A stretch of 64,000 nt of DNA from Nitrospirota bacterium (GCA_963788195.1 CAWBGA010000001.1:160001-224000), one strand, 5' to 3'. Shown: positions 21,453 to 32,084, numbered from the stretch's first letter. Numbers and translations: made by a program. Notes: generated by a model from the sequence alone, not told the origin.

Positions 21453-21623
21453 ATGCCAATCGATAAGGAGTTGCTGGCCATTCTGGCGTGTCCGAAGTGT
21501 AAGGGTGACATTCATTTGAATGAAAAGGGGGATGGGCTCCTCTGCAGTGCCTGTAAACTGATGTATCCGATTAAGGATGATATTCCTGTCATGTTAGTGG
21601 ATGAGGCGATTCCCATCACGTGA
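21453..21623 (+). CDS. Trm112/YcaR-family small protein
   Basis: LLAILACPKCKG...YPIKDDIPVMLVDEA; GGAGG RBS upstream. Confidence 0.92.
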   Translation: MPIDKELLAILACPKCKGDIHLNEKGDGLLCSACKLMYPIKDDIPVMLVDEAIPIT

Positions 21624-22639
21624 ATATTTTGCTTGTAAGACCGGACGGGATTGGGGATGAAATTCTGTCGCTTCCCGTCGCAACGGCGCTCCGCCGACTG
21701 ATCCCGGCTGCCCGGTTGAGCTTTCTGTCCAGTTCATACGCCGCGCCCGTCCTGTGGCACCATCCGGACGTGGATGAGGTGCTCACGCTCAAGGGGGGAG
21801 AATCCTTTCGTGAACTCGTACGATTGTTCCGGGGAGGATTCGACGCGGTCATCTTCCTCAAGCCGTTCCGAAAACTTATTGCGGCCGCGTGGTTTGCCCG
21901 CATTCCACTGCGCGTGGGCACCGGGTATCGGTGGTATTCATGGCTTTTGAATCGCCGCATATACGAGCACCGCAGCGACTTCACAAAGCATGAGAGCGAC
22001 TATAATGTTGGTCTGCTGCGCGGCCTCGGCCTCGATCCCGGCCAGGCACGGCCTCCGTCCGTACATATCACCAAGGAAGAACTGGCGTGGGCAGAAAAAC
22101 TCTGGGGGGCCGCGACGACACGGATTATCGTGCACCCGGGAGGTTTTTCCAATCGCCCGTGGAAGGATGGACACTTCCGAGACCTCGTCGTAAGGTTGGG
22201 CCAAGAGCGATATGAAATAGTACTCACGGGAACGGCGGGTGAAGGGGAACGATTTCGATCTGCCGCAGGGGTGACCCAATGGCCAACGACTGTGCGGGAT
22301 CTGATGGGAGCACTCAGCCTGCGTCAGTTAATGGCTGTTATCGCAGCAAGCCATGCGGTCGTCTCGATGAGCACGGGGCCGATGCATCTGGCGGCCGCTC
22401 TCGGTGTGCCGACCATCAGTCTGTTTGATCCGAGGCGAAACAGTTCCCCAGTCCGCTGGCAGCCCTTAGGGCGCGGAATCGTTCTCGTGCCCGACGTGCC
22501 CACGTGTGAAAAGTGTATCTACGAGGCGTGCCCTTATTGGGACTGCCTCGATCGCATTACCCCCGAGACCGTGGTCCGACGTATTCGACAGGTAGTCCTG
22601 CCGGCGACTCCCGACACTCTCGTGGTGGGACGTGTCTAA
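21620..22639 (+). CDS. GT9 glycosyltransferase (heptosyltransferase family)
   Basis: ILLVRPDGIGDEILSLP, HPG, STGPMHLAAALG. Confidence 0.9.
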   Translation: MNILLVRPDGIGDEILSLPVATALRRLIPAARLSFLSSSYAAPVLWHHPDVDEVLTLKGGESFRELVRLFRGGFDAVIFLKPFRKLIAAAWFARIPLRVGTGYRWYSWLLNRRIYEHRSDFTKHESDYNVGLLRGLGLDPGQARPPSVHITKEELAWAEKLWGAATTRIIVHPGGFSNRPWKDGHFRDLVVRLGQERYEIVLTGTAGEGERFRSAAGVTQWPTTVRDLMGALSLRQLMAVIAASHAVVSMSTGPMHLAAALGVPTISLFDPRRNSSPVRWQPLGRGIVLVPDVPTCEKCIYEACPYWDCLDRITPETVVRRIRQVVLPATPDTLVVGRV

Positions 22640-23402
22640 GGTGTCGGCCTATGTCCTTACTTACAATGAAGAGGACAAGATACGCGCTGCTTTGACAAGC
22701 ATCACATGGGCCGACGAAATCGTGGTGCTTGATTCGCACAGCACTGACGGTACGCTCTCCATTTGCCGCGAGTTCACGGAAAAAGTGTACCAATGCGACT
22801 TTGAGGGTTTCGGAAAGCTTCGAAATCGCGCGTTGGAGTTTGTCACCCACGACTGGGTGCTAAGCCTCGATGCCGACGAGCGAGGGACCGTGGAATTGAG
22901 GGATGAAATTAAGACTGAGTTGGCACGGGGTCCGCGAGCCGAGGCCTTCTTTGTTGCTCGTAAGAATCTTTTTCTTGGGCGCTGGATAAAGCATGGAGGC
23001 TGGTATCCGGATTATCGTCAGCCGCAGTTTTTTAACAAGCAGCGCTTTCGCTACCAGGAGGATCTCGTCCATGAAGGTTATCAGGTTGATGGCCGCATCG
23101 GCTATCTTCAGGCCCATGTCATGCAAGTGCCCTTCCTTGATCTTGGCCAGTTCCTCCGAAAAATGAGCCGGTATTCGACGTTGATGGCCGAGCAAATGGT
23201 ACAACGGGGAAGACGATTTCATGTCCATCAGCTCGTCAGCCATCCGCTCTTCACCTTCTTGAAAATGTACGTGGCTCGGCAGGGGTTTCGGGACGGGATG
23301 CCGGGCCTGATCTTGGCGCTGCTGTACGCCTATTACAGCTTCGTCAAATACGCGAAGCTATGGGAGCGAACCCGCGCGACGATCGGAAAGGCCCAACAAT
23401 GA
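22632..23402 (+). CDS. GT2 glycosyltransferase (WaaE/LgtF-like)
   Basis: TYNEE, DSHSTDGT, WVLSLDADE, WYPD, VHE, GFRDG. Confidence 0.9.
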   Translation: MSKVSAYVLTYNEEDKIRAALTSITWADEIVVLDSHSTDGTLSICREFTEKVYQCDFEGFGKLRNRALEFVTHDWVLSLDADERGTVELRDEIKTELARGPRAEAFFVARKNLFLGRWIKHGGWYPDYRQPQFFNKQRFRYQEDLVHEGYQVDGRIGYLQAHVMQVPFLDLGQFLRKMSRYSTLMAEQMVQRGRRFHVHQLVSHPLFTFLKMYVARQGFRDGMPGLILALLYAYYSFVKYAKLWERTRATIGKAQQ

Positions 23403-24127
23403 AAGGTGTCATTCTTGCAGGAGGTCTGGGCAGCCGCCTGTATCCTCTAACCAAGGTGACCAACAAACATCTGTTGCCGATCTATGATAAACCCATGATC
23501 TACTATCCCATCCAGACCCTGGTGGACGCGGGGATCACGGACATTCTGATCGTGACGGGCGGTACCAGCGCCGGGGACTTTTTGCGCCTTCTTGGCAACG
23601 GGAAGGACTTTGGCCTGCAGCATCTCAACTACACCTACCAAGAAGGCGAAGGGGGCATCGCGGCGGCTTTGGGGCTTGCCGAGTTCTTCGTGCACCACGA
23701 ACCGGTCTGCGTGATACTTGGTGACAACATCATCGAGCGGAACATTTGGGGGGCGGTGCAGGCCTACGAAAAGCAGGGAGGGGGCGCCAAGATTCTATTG
23801 AAGGAAGTCAAGGACCCGCAACGGTTCGGGGTCCCGGTCTTTGAAGGAAATCGCATCATCCGTGTTGAAGAGAAGCCCACGGCTCCAAAGTCCGCGTATG
23901 CGGTGACCGGTATCTATTGTTTCGACCACGAGGTCTTCGACATTATCAGAACCCTGAAGCCTTCCGCGCGCGGCGAATTGGAGATCACGGACGTGAACAA
24001 CGCGTATATCGAACGAGGCCTCATGACGTGGGATTCTTTGGAAGGCTGGTGGACGGATGCCGGGACGTTTGAATCGCTGAGCGCTGCCGGCAACCTTGTT
24101 GCACAAACGGGGGCTAATAAGGCTTGA
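23399..24127 (+). CDS. rmlA: Glucose-1-phosphate thymidylyltransferase (short form)
   Basis: GVILAGGLGSRLYPLT, KHLLPIYDKPMIYYP, PSARGELEITD; heads an rml cluster. Confidence 0.88.
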   Translation: MKGVILAGGLGSRLYPLTKVTNKHLLPIYDKPMIYYPIQTLVDAGITDILIVTGGTSAGDFLRLLGNGKDFGLQHLNYTYQEGEGGIAAALGLAEFFVHHEPVCVILGDNIIERNIWGAVQAYEKQGGGAKILLKEVKDPQRFGVPVFEGNRIIRVEEKPTAPKSAYAVTGIYCFDHEVFDIIRTLKPSARGELEITDVNNAYIERGLMTWDSLEGWWTDAGTFESLSAAGNLVAQTGANKA

Positions 24128-24139
24128 GACGGCAAGGGT

Positions 24140-24700
24140 ATGCGCTTTCTTGACACGCCCCTAAAGGGGATCATCCTCATCGAGCCCGATGTCCATGAGG
24201 ATCAGAGGGGATACTTCCTGGAATTGTATCATGCGGACAAGTATGCCAAGGCGGGGCTGCCGTCTCGGTTCGTTCAGGACAATTTCTCAAAATCCGTATA
24301 CGGGGTCCTGCGGGGCTTGCATTACCAACGGAGGCATCCTCAAGGCAAACTCGTGACGGCAATGGAAGGGAAGATCTTTGACGTCGCGGTGGACATCCGG
24401 CAGGATTCATCGTCCTTTGGGCAGTGGTACGGTGTCGAGCTCTCCGCCGAAAACAAGCGGCAGGTCTATATTCCGCCGGGTTTTGCTCATGGCTACTGCG
24501 TTCTCAGCGAGACGGCATCGGTCATGTACAAATGCACCGAGTTTTACGTCCCCGACGACGAGGGCGGGATCATCTGGAATGACCCGGGGATCGACATCGC
24601 CTGGCCTATTACGGAGCCGTTCCTCTCATCGAAGGACCAACTGAATGCCACGCTGGCGCAAAGTGAATTGCAGCTGCCGGGATCCTGGAAAAGGGGCTGA
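24140..24700 (+). CDS. rmlC: dTDP-4-dehydrorhamnose 3,5-epimerase
   Basis: DQRGYF, VLRGLHYQ, FDVAVDIR, GFAHGY. Confidence 0.96.
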   Translation: MRFLDTPLKGIILIEPDVHEDQRGYFLELYHADKYAKAGLPSRFVQDNFSKSVYGVLRGLHYQRRHPQGKLVTAMEGKIFDVAVDIRQDSSSFGQWYGVELSAENKRQVYIPPGFAHGYCVLSETASVMYKCTEFYVPDDEGGIIWNDPGIDIAWPITEPFLSSKDQLNATLAQSELQLPGSWKRG

Positions 24701-24707
24701 CCAAGCA

Positions 24708-25721
24708 GTGCGAATTTTGGTCACGGGGGGGGCAGGATTTATCGGCTCGCATTTTTTGCGACTTCTATTGACGCGGAATGATGTAGAGCGTGTGGTGAAC
24801 CTGGATGCTCTTCGATATTCCGGAAACCTTGAGAACTTGCGTGACGTCACGCCGGATCCACGCTATCGGTTCGCTCATGGCGATATCTGCGACGCGCCGA
24901 CCGTGGAAGGCCTCCTCAAGGAGCATCAAGTCGACACGATTGCTAACTTTGCCGCCGAGACCCATGTTGACCGCTCGATTCTTGAACCGGGAGGATTTGT
25001 GAGGACCGATGTGATAGGCACCGCGGTCCTCTTGGAAGCCGCCCGCGCGGCGGGGGTTCGCCGGTTTCTCCAGGTCAGCACTGATGAGGTCTATGGCGAT
25101 GTCTCGACAGGCCGATCCAAAGAAACGGACGCCGTAGTCCCTCGCAGCCCCTATGCGGCGAGTAAGGCCGCCGGCGATCTCCTGGTACGGAGTTATTTCA
25201 CGACGTACGGTATGCCGATTCTTATCACCCGAGGCAGCAACACCTTCGGTCCGAACCAATACCCAGAAAAATTCATTCCCCTTTTTGTGACGAACGCGCT
25301 GGAGGACCAGCCGCTTCCACTGTACGGCGATGGCCTCCAGGAGCGGGAGTGGGTCCATGTGGAGGATCACTGTGCGGGGATCGCGCATGTCCTCGATCAG
25401 GGGATGCCCGGAGAAATCTATAATATCGGCGGCGGGCGTGAACGACGCAACATTGATCTGGCGCAGGCGATCCTGAAGATTTTGGGAAAGCCCAACGCCC
25501 TCATCCGTCATATCACAGACCGCCCGGGCCACGATCGCCGGTACGCACTGGATTCTGAAAAAATTCGCACACTGGGCTGGCAAACCCGCGCGCCATTCGA
25601 GGAAGCGCTAGAAAGCACTGTGTTTTGGTACCGGGACAACCCGGAGTGGTGGGGGAAAATAAAATCGGGCGAATTCCGCGACTACTACCAGAAGCTCTAT
25701 GGCGCTCGGCTGAGCACCTGA
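24708..25721 (+). CDS. rmlB: dTDP-glucose 4,6-dehydratase
   Basis: GGAGFIGS, FAAETHVDRSI, STDEVYG, YAASKA, DRPGHDRRYA. Confidence 0.96.
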   Translation: MRILVTGGAGFIGSHFLRLLLTRNDVERVVNLDALRYSGNLENLRDVTPDPRYRFAHGDICDAPTVEGLLKEHQVDTIANFAAETHVDRSILEPGGFVRTDVIGTAVLLEAARAAGVRRFLQVSTDEVYGDVSTGRSKETDAVVPRSPYAASKAAGDLLVRSYFTTYGMPILITRGSNTFGPNQYPEKFIPLFVTNALEDQPLPLYGDGLQEREWVHVEDHCAGIAHVLDQGMPGEIYNIGGGRERRNIDLAQAILKILGKPNALIRHITDRPGHDRRYALDSEKIRTLGWQTRAPFEEALESTVFWYRDNPEWWGKIKSGEFRDYYQKLYGARLST

Positions 25722-25724
25722 GTC

Positions 25725-26603
25725 ATGCGTATTCTTCTGACGGGGGCGAGCGGCCAACTGGGGCATGAGTTGCAAAAGGAGCTTGCGGGGAACGACTTTG
25801 TGTGTGCCGATCAGAGGCGCTTTGAACTGACGGATCTGAACCTCGCTCAGAAGATCATCGAACAACGCCCCGAGACCATTATCCATGCTGCGGCATACAC
25901 CGACGTCGATGGATGCGAACGCGATCCTGACACCGCCTTTCGGGTCAATGCCCAAGGGACACGGGTTGTCGCCGAAGCGGCGGCAAAAATCGGCGCCCGC
26001 CTCGTGTACATATCCACGGACTACGTCTTCGATGGGATGAAGAGCGAACCCTATGTTGAGAGTGATTCCGTGAATCCTCTGAATGCCTACGGCCGATCGA
26101 AGCTGCAGGGAGAAGAGGCGGTTTTTTCTGCGTGTCCAGAGTCGCTTGTGGTACGTACCTCTTGGATGTATGGGGCGCATAGAAAAAACTTTGTCAAAAC
26201 GATCCTGCAACTGGCCGCGAAGCAACCCGAGATCCGGGTTGTGAGCGACCAGCATGGCAGTCCCACGTATGCCCGGGAACTTGCCGTGGTCATCGTGGGT
26301 CTTCTCCGGCACGAAGCGCGAGGGATCGTCCATGCGGGTGGGGAAGGCGGCTGCTCCTGGCATGAATTTGCCTCGGCCATATTGGACGAAGCAGGGATCC
26401 GGTGCCGCAATGTTCCGATTACGACGGCGGACTCTTGCCGGCTTGCGCCTCGACCGAGGTACTCTGTCTTATCGACGGATCGACTTCAATCATACGGCCT
26501 CCGGCTCTCTCCGTGGCGCAGCGCATTGAAACGCTTCATGCAAGAGTATGCGACGGTTCAGGAGGTTGCTCGATACGCTCGGGACCCCGCGCGCGAGGTC
26601 TGA
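25725..26603 (+). CDS. rmlD: dTDP-4-dehydrorhamnose reductase
   Basis: GASGQLG, AAYTDVD, STDYVFDG, YGRSKLQGE, DQHGSPT. Confidence 0.96.
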   Translation: MRILLTGASGQLGHELQKELAGNDFVCADQRRFELTDLNLAQKIIEQRPETIIHAAAYTDVDGCERDPDTAFRVNAQGTRVVAEAAAKIGARLVYISTDYVFDGMKSEPYVESDSVNPLNAYGRSKLQGEEAVFSACPESLVVRTSWMYGAHRKNFVKTILQLAAKQPEIRVVSDQHGSPTYARELAVVIVGLLRHEARGIVHAGGEGGCSWHEFASAILDEAGIRCRNVPITTADSCRLAPRPRYSVLSTDRLQSYGLRLSPWRSALKRFMQEYATVQEVARYARDPAREV

Positions 26604-26612
26604 TCCTGCGGC

Positions 26613-27656
26613 ATGGCGAAGATTCGAGTGCTCCAGGCATGCAACCAGCTTGGCATTGGCGGGACGGAGAAAACGATTCAGATTTTCTCCAAGTACCTGA
26701 ACCGTGACCGCTTTGAGGTTTTTGTCTGCGGGCTAAGGGCCGGTGGCTCGCGCGTGGAAGAATTGGCGGGGCTCGGCATCACCGCGATTATTCAGCCGCC
26801 GGATCTGGATCGAGTAATTCGGGATCTCGCGATCGATGTCTATCATATCTATCGGGCGGGGGATCATGAACCTGGGACGTTGCCTTCCAAGCGCCGCGGC
26901 TGGCCCAAGATCGTGGAGACCAACGTTTTTGATGCCATCGATCCACTTGGTCATCCTCTGATCGATGCGCATGTCTTTTTTTCCGAATGGTGTCGGACCG
27001 ATTATCTGGGGGCGTACGGCCGGTTCCACGGCAAGCGCTATGAAGTTCTGTACGGCCCGATCGACTTCGACGAGTTCCCGCGCGCGCGGCGCGAGTTCGG
27101 CTGGACCATCGGGCGTTGCAGTCGCCCGGACGATCAGAAATGGCATCCGGTGTGTATCGAGATGTTGCCGAAGGTCTGGCGTAAAGCGCCTCAGATGCGG
27201 TGCCGATTCCGGGGGACGACACCGCGGGTGCGGGCGCATCTTCAAAGGCTCGGCATCGAAGACCGCGTCGAATTCTCTGAGCCGGCGCTCGGCGTGGCTG
27301 AATTTTACCGCGGTCTGGACATTTACACTCACGGTGCGCGAATCGGAGAAGGCTATGGGGTGGTTCTCGCCGAAGCCATGGCGAGCGGCCTGCCGGTTGT
27401 GACGATTGCGACCCCACAGAAGAAAAAATGCAACGCCCAGGCGGAAGTCGTGGATCACAACGAGACCGGCTTCGTAGTCCGGTATGCGTGGCAATACGCC
27501 GATGCCGTGATCGAACTCCTGCAGAACCAGGCCTTAAGGGAGCGCTTCGGGCAGCGCGGATACGAGAAGGCACGCGATCAGTTTGAAGCGGCGAAGCTGA
27601 CCCGCAAGCTCGAACAGTTGTACACTGACCTGATGGATACGGCGCGGACTCCATGA
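26613..27656 (+). CDS. GT4 (GT-B) glycosyltransferase, divergent
   Basis: LGIGGTEK N-terminus; EGYGVVLAEAMASGLPVV. Confidence 0.85.
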   Translation: MAKIRVLQACNQLGIGGTEKTIQIFSKYLNRDRFEVFVCGLRAGGSRVEELAGLGITAIIQPPDLDRVIRDLAIDVYHIYRAGDHEPGTLPSKRRGWPKIVETNVFDAIDPLGHPLIDAHVFFSEWCRTDYLGAYGRFHGKRYEVLYGPIDFDEFPRARREFGWTIGRCSRPDDQKWHPVCIEMLPKVWRKAPQMRCRFRGTTPRVRAHLQRLGIEDRVEFSEPALGVAEFYRGLDIYTHGARIGEGYGVVLAEAMASGLPVVTIATPQKKKCNAQAEVVDHNETGFVVRYAWQYADAVIELLQNQALRERFGQRGYEKARDQFEAAKLTRKLEQLYTDLMDTARTP

Positions 27657-28498
27657 CCCTCAGCGGATTCACGTTTTGTCGCAACATGGTGCGTTACGAC
27701 TATCCTGTCGTGGAGTCGATCCGGTCGATTCTGCCGATCGTCGATGAATTTGTCGTGAATGTGGGACGATGCGAAGACGGCACCCTGGAACTGATCCAGT
27801 CAATAGATAATCCGAAGATTCGCATCGTGGAGTCGGTGTGGGACGAAACGCTGCGCAAGGACGGAATCATCTATTCTCAGCAGACGAACATCGCGCTCTC
27901 CCATTGCGCCGGTGATTGGGCGTTTTACCTCCAAGCCGATGAAGTCATCCATGAACAGGATTTGCCCCGAATCCTTGAGGCGGTCACGTCGAATGACGGA
28001 AACCCGGAGGTGCGGGGGCTACTCTTTCGTTACCTGCACTTTGTGGGTGACTACTGGTCGCTCAATCCCTGGTTCTATCACAAGGCTGTTCGCATTATTC
28101 GTAATGATGGCAGGGTGGAGTCGTGCGGGGATGCGGTCGGCTTTCAACTCAAAGCGACCGGGCAGTATCTCCAGAGTGGACCCGCGGAGTGGCTCGCGAC
28201 CTCTGGAGCCCGCGTCTTTCACTATGGATGGGTGAAGGACCCCAAAACCATGTTAGCGAAGAAGCAGGAGCAGACAAAGGTCTATCATGGAGATGCACCG
28301 CCGGTCTCAGAGGCAATACTCTATGATCAGGACACCTTTAATTTTGATGATTACTCAATTCTGAAAGAGTATCGCGGAAGCCATCCGGCTGTGATGCATT
28401 CGAGACTTGAGGCGCCTCGCCATCGACGGGCCCGACGCAATCGCTGGCTGAACTGGCGGTTCTATCGCGAGGTGGCGCGTCGGGGCTTCCGGGGCTAA
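27653..28498 (+). CDS. GT2-like glycosyltransferase
   Basis: SGFTFCRN, SILPIVDEFVV, YLQADEV, FHYGWV. Confidence 0.85.
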   Translation: MTLSGFTFCRNMVRYDYPVVESIRSILPIVDEFVVNVGRCEDGTLELIQSIDNPKIRIVESVWDETLRKDGIIYSQQTNIALSHCAGDWAFYLQADEVIHEQDLPRILEAVTSNDGNPEVRGLLFRYLHFVGDYWSLNPWFYHKAVRIIRNDGRVESCGDAVGFQLKATGQYLQSGPAEWLATSGARVFHYGWVKDPKTMLAKKQEQTKVYHGDAPPVSEAILYDQDTFNFDDYSILKEYRGSHPAVMHSRLEAPRHRRARRNRWLNWRFYREVARRGFRG

Positions 28499-28570
28499 AA
28501 ACCATGCCGAAGTACTTACGTGAGATCATCGCCCTCTAAAACCACGCTTATGGGTGACGAATCGCGAAAT

Positions 28571-29359
28571 ATGCAGACTATCGCAGGCATCGTCATTACA
28601 AAAAACGAAGAACGAAACATCCGTGCTTGCCTCGACAGCCTTCGGTGGGTCGACGAATTAATTGTGGTGGATGCTGAGAGCACGGATCGAACGGCGGAGC
28701 TGGCGCGGGCCTATACTGCGAAAGTCTTTGTCCGGCCCTGGCCGGGCTATGGACCTCAGAAAAACTTTGGCATGGAACAGGCCACAACCGATTGGATTCT
28801 GATCGTGGACGCCGATGAGCATGTACCACAGGAGCTACGTGAAGAAATCCGTGGTGCTCTCCAAGAGGAGATGAATCACTCATTTTCGTCCCCCCCTGGC
28901 GCCTATCGTCTTCCACGTCGCAATTATTATTATGGACGCTGGATTCGTCATGCCAATCAATATCCGGACCTGCAGCTGCGGCTCCTGCGGTGCAAAACGG
29001 GCCGTTATAACGATCTACCGGTCCACGAGCACTTGGAGGCCGCCGGTCCAGTGGGAGAACTGAGAACCGCGCTTTATCATCATACCTCCCCGACCGTTGT
29101 GTCCCATGAGCTCAAGATCGAGCGGTACAGCACGCTCGCAGCCTATGAACGTCGCACTGCCGGACGATCTGACGCGTTCTGGTACCATATGATCTTCAAC
29201 CCTGGCTGGACATTCGTGAAGCTCTATCTGCTCAGGCAGGGCTTCCGGGATGGCCTTCCCGGATTCCTCATGTGCGCATTTTCCAGCGCGCACGTGCTGC
29301 TCAAATATGCAAAGCTTTGGGAGCAGCAACATGGCGGTGGTCGAAAGGTTCCGAGCTGA
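28571..29359 (+). CDS. GT2 glycosyltransferase (WaaE/LgtF-like)
   Basis: ITKNEERNI, DAESTDRT, VDADE, YPD, VHE, GFRDG. Confidence 0.9.
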   Translation: MQTIAGIVITKNEERNIRACLDSLRWVDELIVVDAESTDRTAELARAYTAKVFVRPWPGYGPQKNFGMEQATTDWILIVDADEHVPQELREEIRGALQEEMNHSFSSPPGAYRLPRRNYYYGRWIRHANQYPDLQLRLLRCKTGRYNDLPVHEHLEAAGPVGELRTALYHHTSPTVVSHELKIERYSTLAAYERRTAGRSDAFWYHMIFNPGWTFVKLYLLRQGFRDGLPGFLMCAFSSAHVLLKYAKLWEQQHGGGRKVPS

Positions 29360-29367
29360 AATTTCTT

Positions 29368-29395
29368 TTGTTGCGACGGCCCTGCCCTGTATAAT
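29368..29395 (+). promoter_or_regulatory. Putative internal sigma70 promoter
   Basis: Perfect TATAAT (29390-29395) with TTGTTG 16 bp upstream, in an intergenic gap. Confidence 0.45.
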
Positions 29396-29454
29396 CCCTC
29401 AGCCGCAAAGCACATCATCATGGGCATACAACCCGAAATGGACGTGTCACGGGC

Positions 29455-30546
29455 ATGCGCATCCTGTTTATTACCGACGACCATCTTGATTATGCAGCTG
29501 ACCCACTCTATGTCGGTCTTCGACGGGTCGTGGGCGACGGTATGGTCGTGGATTACCCCTACAAGGCTTGCTTTCATGAGAGCGACCAAGTGCCGTGGTA
29601 TCTGGTGCCTAGCCCCGGACGGTCCTGGACGCGGGAGGAGATCCTGGACCGCCTGCGTGAGAAATATTTCGATCTGGTCTGCCTCGCATCGTTTCGTCAG
29701 GAAAGTCTTGAAGAATGCGCGGAGCTTTACAGGCAAGCGCCGTTTCCCCCAATGGTCTTTATCGACGGCAGCGATGACGCCCACATTCGTCATGAACTTC
29801 CAGCCCGTTACCCCATCCGGGTTTACTTCAAGCGGGATTACATCTGGAAGATGGGAAGCTCGTGGAACGATCGCACGGCATTGCTTTGGAAGTTCCGAGG
29901 AGATCGAGACCTGTTCGGCCGCACCGTACCCTTACCACTGTCTCTTGTGATGGAGACGCTGCCGGCATTTCCTTATATCGAGAAGAACATCGACGTCTCG
30001 TATCGGGGTCGCGCGTCACACCCTCGACGGCCCATGGCGGTTGCGATTCTATCCAGGTTAGACGGAATCCGCTTCTCCGGGGGTGTGTACGCCAGCCCCG
30101 GTGACCGCAGGTACAAATTGAAGCCCGGGGGTGTTCAGCGCGCATGGACGAAGCTCTTCGACAACCGCCCCGCCCCTGCGACCGATCAGCAACTGAAGCA
30201 CGAGCCGCAGGCCTATTACCGCGAGCTTGCGTCCTCGAAGATCGCCCTACACGTGAGAGGAGGAGGACAGACAGCGACACTTCGCTATTTCGAGATTGTC
30301 GGCATGGGAGCCATGCTCCTTTCCGATGCGCCGGAGGTTCTCATCCCGCAGGATTTTGTGGATAGGCGTCACGCAGTGTACTGCCGGCCGGATCTTCGGG
30401 ATCTTGAATCGCTGGTTCGGCACTATCTCCGGGAGGATGCTGAGCGTGAGGCGATCATCAGGGCGGGGCGTGCACACCTCTCCCAGTACCATACCTGTGA
30501 GCGCCGCGCCGAGTATTTTCTTGATGTGTGCGCGAGGATGTTGTGA
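29455..30546 (+). CDS. Glycosyltransferase, CgeB/Glyco_trans_1_2-like
   Basis: VYFKRD; C-terminal SKIALHVRGGG...LRYFEIVGMGAMLLSD...HTCERRA. Confidence 0.75.
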   Translation: MRILFITDDHLDYAADPLYVGLRRVVGDGMVVDYPYKACFHESDQVPWYLVPSPGRSWTREEILDRLREKYFDLVCLASFRQESLEECAELYRQAPFPPMVFIDGSDDAHIRHELPARYPIRVYFKRDYIWKMGSSWNDRTALLWKFRGDRDLFGRTVPLPLSLVMETLPAFPYIEKNIDVSYRGRASHPRRPMAVAILSRLDGIRFSGGVYASPGDRRYKLKPGGVQRAWTKLFDNRPAPATDQQLKHEPQAYYRELASSKIALHVRGGGQTATLRYFEIVGMGAMLLSDAPEVLIPQDFVDRRHAVYCRPDLRDLESLVRHYLREDAEREAIIRAGRAHLSQYHTCERRAEYFLDVCARML

Positions 30547-32051
30547 TCCAACGGATCTGCCTGATTACCCCGCCATCAATCTTTCTGTTGGACGAGCGGG
30601 TGTTTATGACGTTGGGGATCCTGAAGGTGGCGGCGGTGTTGGAGCAGGCGGGTGTTGAAGTGGACATGTTGGATCTTTCCGGCGTCGAAAACTACGAAGA
30701 GCTGGTGCGAGACTACGCAAGCGCGCATGCAACTTCTTGCTATGGGCTGACGGCGACGACGCCTCAGATGCCGGCGGCAACCAAAATCTACCGCACGATC
30801 CGGGATACCCAGCCGGATGCGCGAATTATCTTGGGGGGCCCGCATGTGACGCTGATTCATGCCGCGTACAAATATGAACTCAAAGGCGGTCGGCTCGGCC
30901 GAGCGACCAGTGCATACCGATTGCTGGAAGAGATGTTCGACGTGATGGTGGTGGGTGATGGGGAGTTGGCGGTGTTTGAGGCCTTAGGGACTTCGCCTCC
31001 CAAATTGGTCGACGGCGATGATCCCAAGACGGCATACTTCCTCACGAATCAGAAACTCACGGAGTTACCCTTCCCGGCACGACATCTGATCGATGTCGAC
31101 AGCTATCAGTACAGCATCGACGGGGTACGGGCACTTTCGATGATCGCGCAGCTCGGTTGCCCCTTCGGATGCGGCTTCTGCGGCGGGCGAATGAGTCCCT
31201 TTCTACGGCGGATCCGCATGCGGACGTCAGAGAACATCGTCAGCGAGATGATTCAGCTTTACGAGACGTACCGCGTCACCGGCTTTATGCTCTACGACGA
31301 CGAGCTCAACGTCAATCCAAAGATCATCGAATTGATGGACCTGATTGCCGCTGCGCAAGAGAAGCTGGGCGTTGAGTTTCGACTGCGCGGGTTCATCAAA
31401 GCGGAACTGTTTACTGATCAGCAGGCGGCAGCGATGTACCGGGCGGGATTTCGTTGGATCCTGGTGGGCTTTGAGTCCGGTCATGAGCGTATTCTCACGA
31501 ATATTCAGAAGAAATCATCTCGGGCCGATAACACACGGTGCATGGACATCGCCAGGCGTCATCATTTGAAGGTGAAGGCCTTAATGTCGGTTGGACATCC
31601 GGGCGAATCGGAAGAGACGGTTCGCGCAACTGCCGATTGGCTGCTTACGGTGAAGCCCGATGACTTCGACGCAACCGTCATTACGACTTACCCGGGAACG
31701 CCGTACTTCGACGAGGCGGTCGAGACCAAGCCCGGAGTCTGGAGCTATACATATCCGAAAAGCGGCGACCGGTTGCACAGCTTGGAAGTGGACTATCGCG
31801 AAGTAGCCGAATACTACAAGGGCGTTCCGGGCGAATACACCTCCTACGTGTATACCGATTATCTCAGCGCTGAAGAGTTGGTGCGGCTGAGGGATTGGCT
31901 TGAGGCGCATGTGCGGGGCGCCCTCGGCATTCCGTACAATGCGGCGGCGGCTGCGGTGCGATATGAGCATACAATGGGGCAGGGACACATACCGGCCAAC
32001 ATATTGAAGTCCACATCGACGACCGGCTCCGGCAGCGGCACCCCGAGGTGA
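30543..32051 (+). CDS. B12-binding-domain radical SAM protein
   Basis: N-terminal LGILKVAAVLEQAG...IILGGPHVT cobalamin-binding-like domain; GCPFGCGFC (CxxxCxxC); GFESG; YPGT. Confidence 0.9.
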   Translation: MIQRICLITPPSIFLLDERVFMTLGILKVAAVLEQAGVEVDMLDLSGVENYEELVRDYASAHATSCYGLTATTPQMPAATKIYRTIRDTQPDARIILGGPHVTLIHAAYKYELKGGRLGRATSAYRLLEEMFDVMVVGDGELAVFEALGTSPPKLVDGDDPKTAYFLTNQKLTELPFPARHLIDVDSYQYSIDGVRALSMIAQLGCPFGCGFCGGRMSPFLRRIRMRTSENIVSEMIQLYETYRVTGFMLYDDELNVNPKIIELMDLIAAAQEKLGVEFRLRGFIKAELFTDQQAAAMYRAGFRWILVGFESGHERILTNIQKKSSRADNTRCMDIARRHHLKVKALMSVGHPGESEETVRATADWLLTVKPDDFDATVITTYPGTPYFDEAVETKPGVWSYTYPKSGDRLHSLEVDYREVAEYYKGVPGEYTSYVYTDYLSAEELVRLRDWLEAHVRGALGIPYNAAAAAVRYEHTMGQGHIPANILKSTSTTGSGSGTPR

Positions 32052-32084
32052 ATATGACGCTATGGGTCCCCACGAGCTGAGGCG

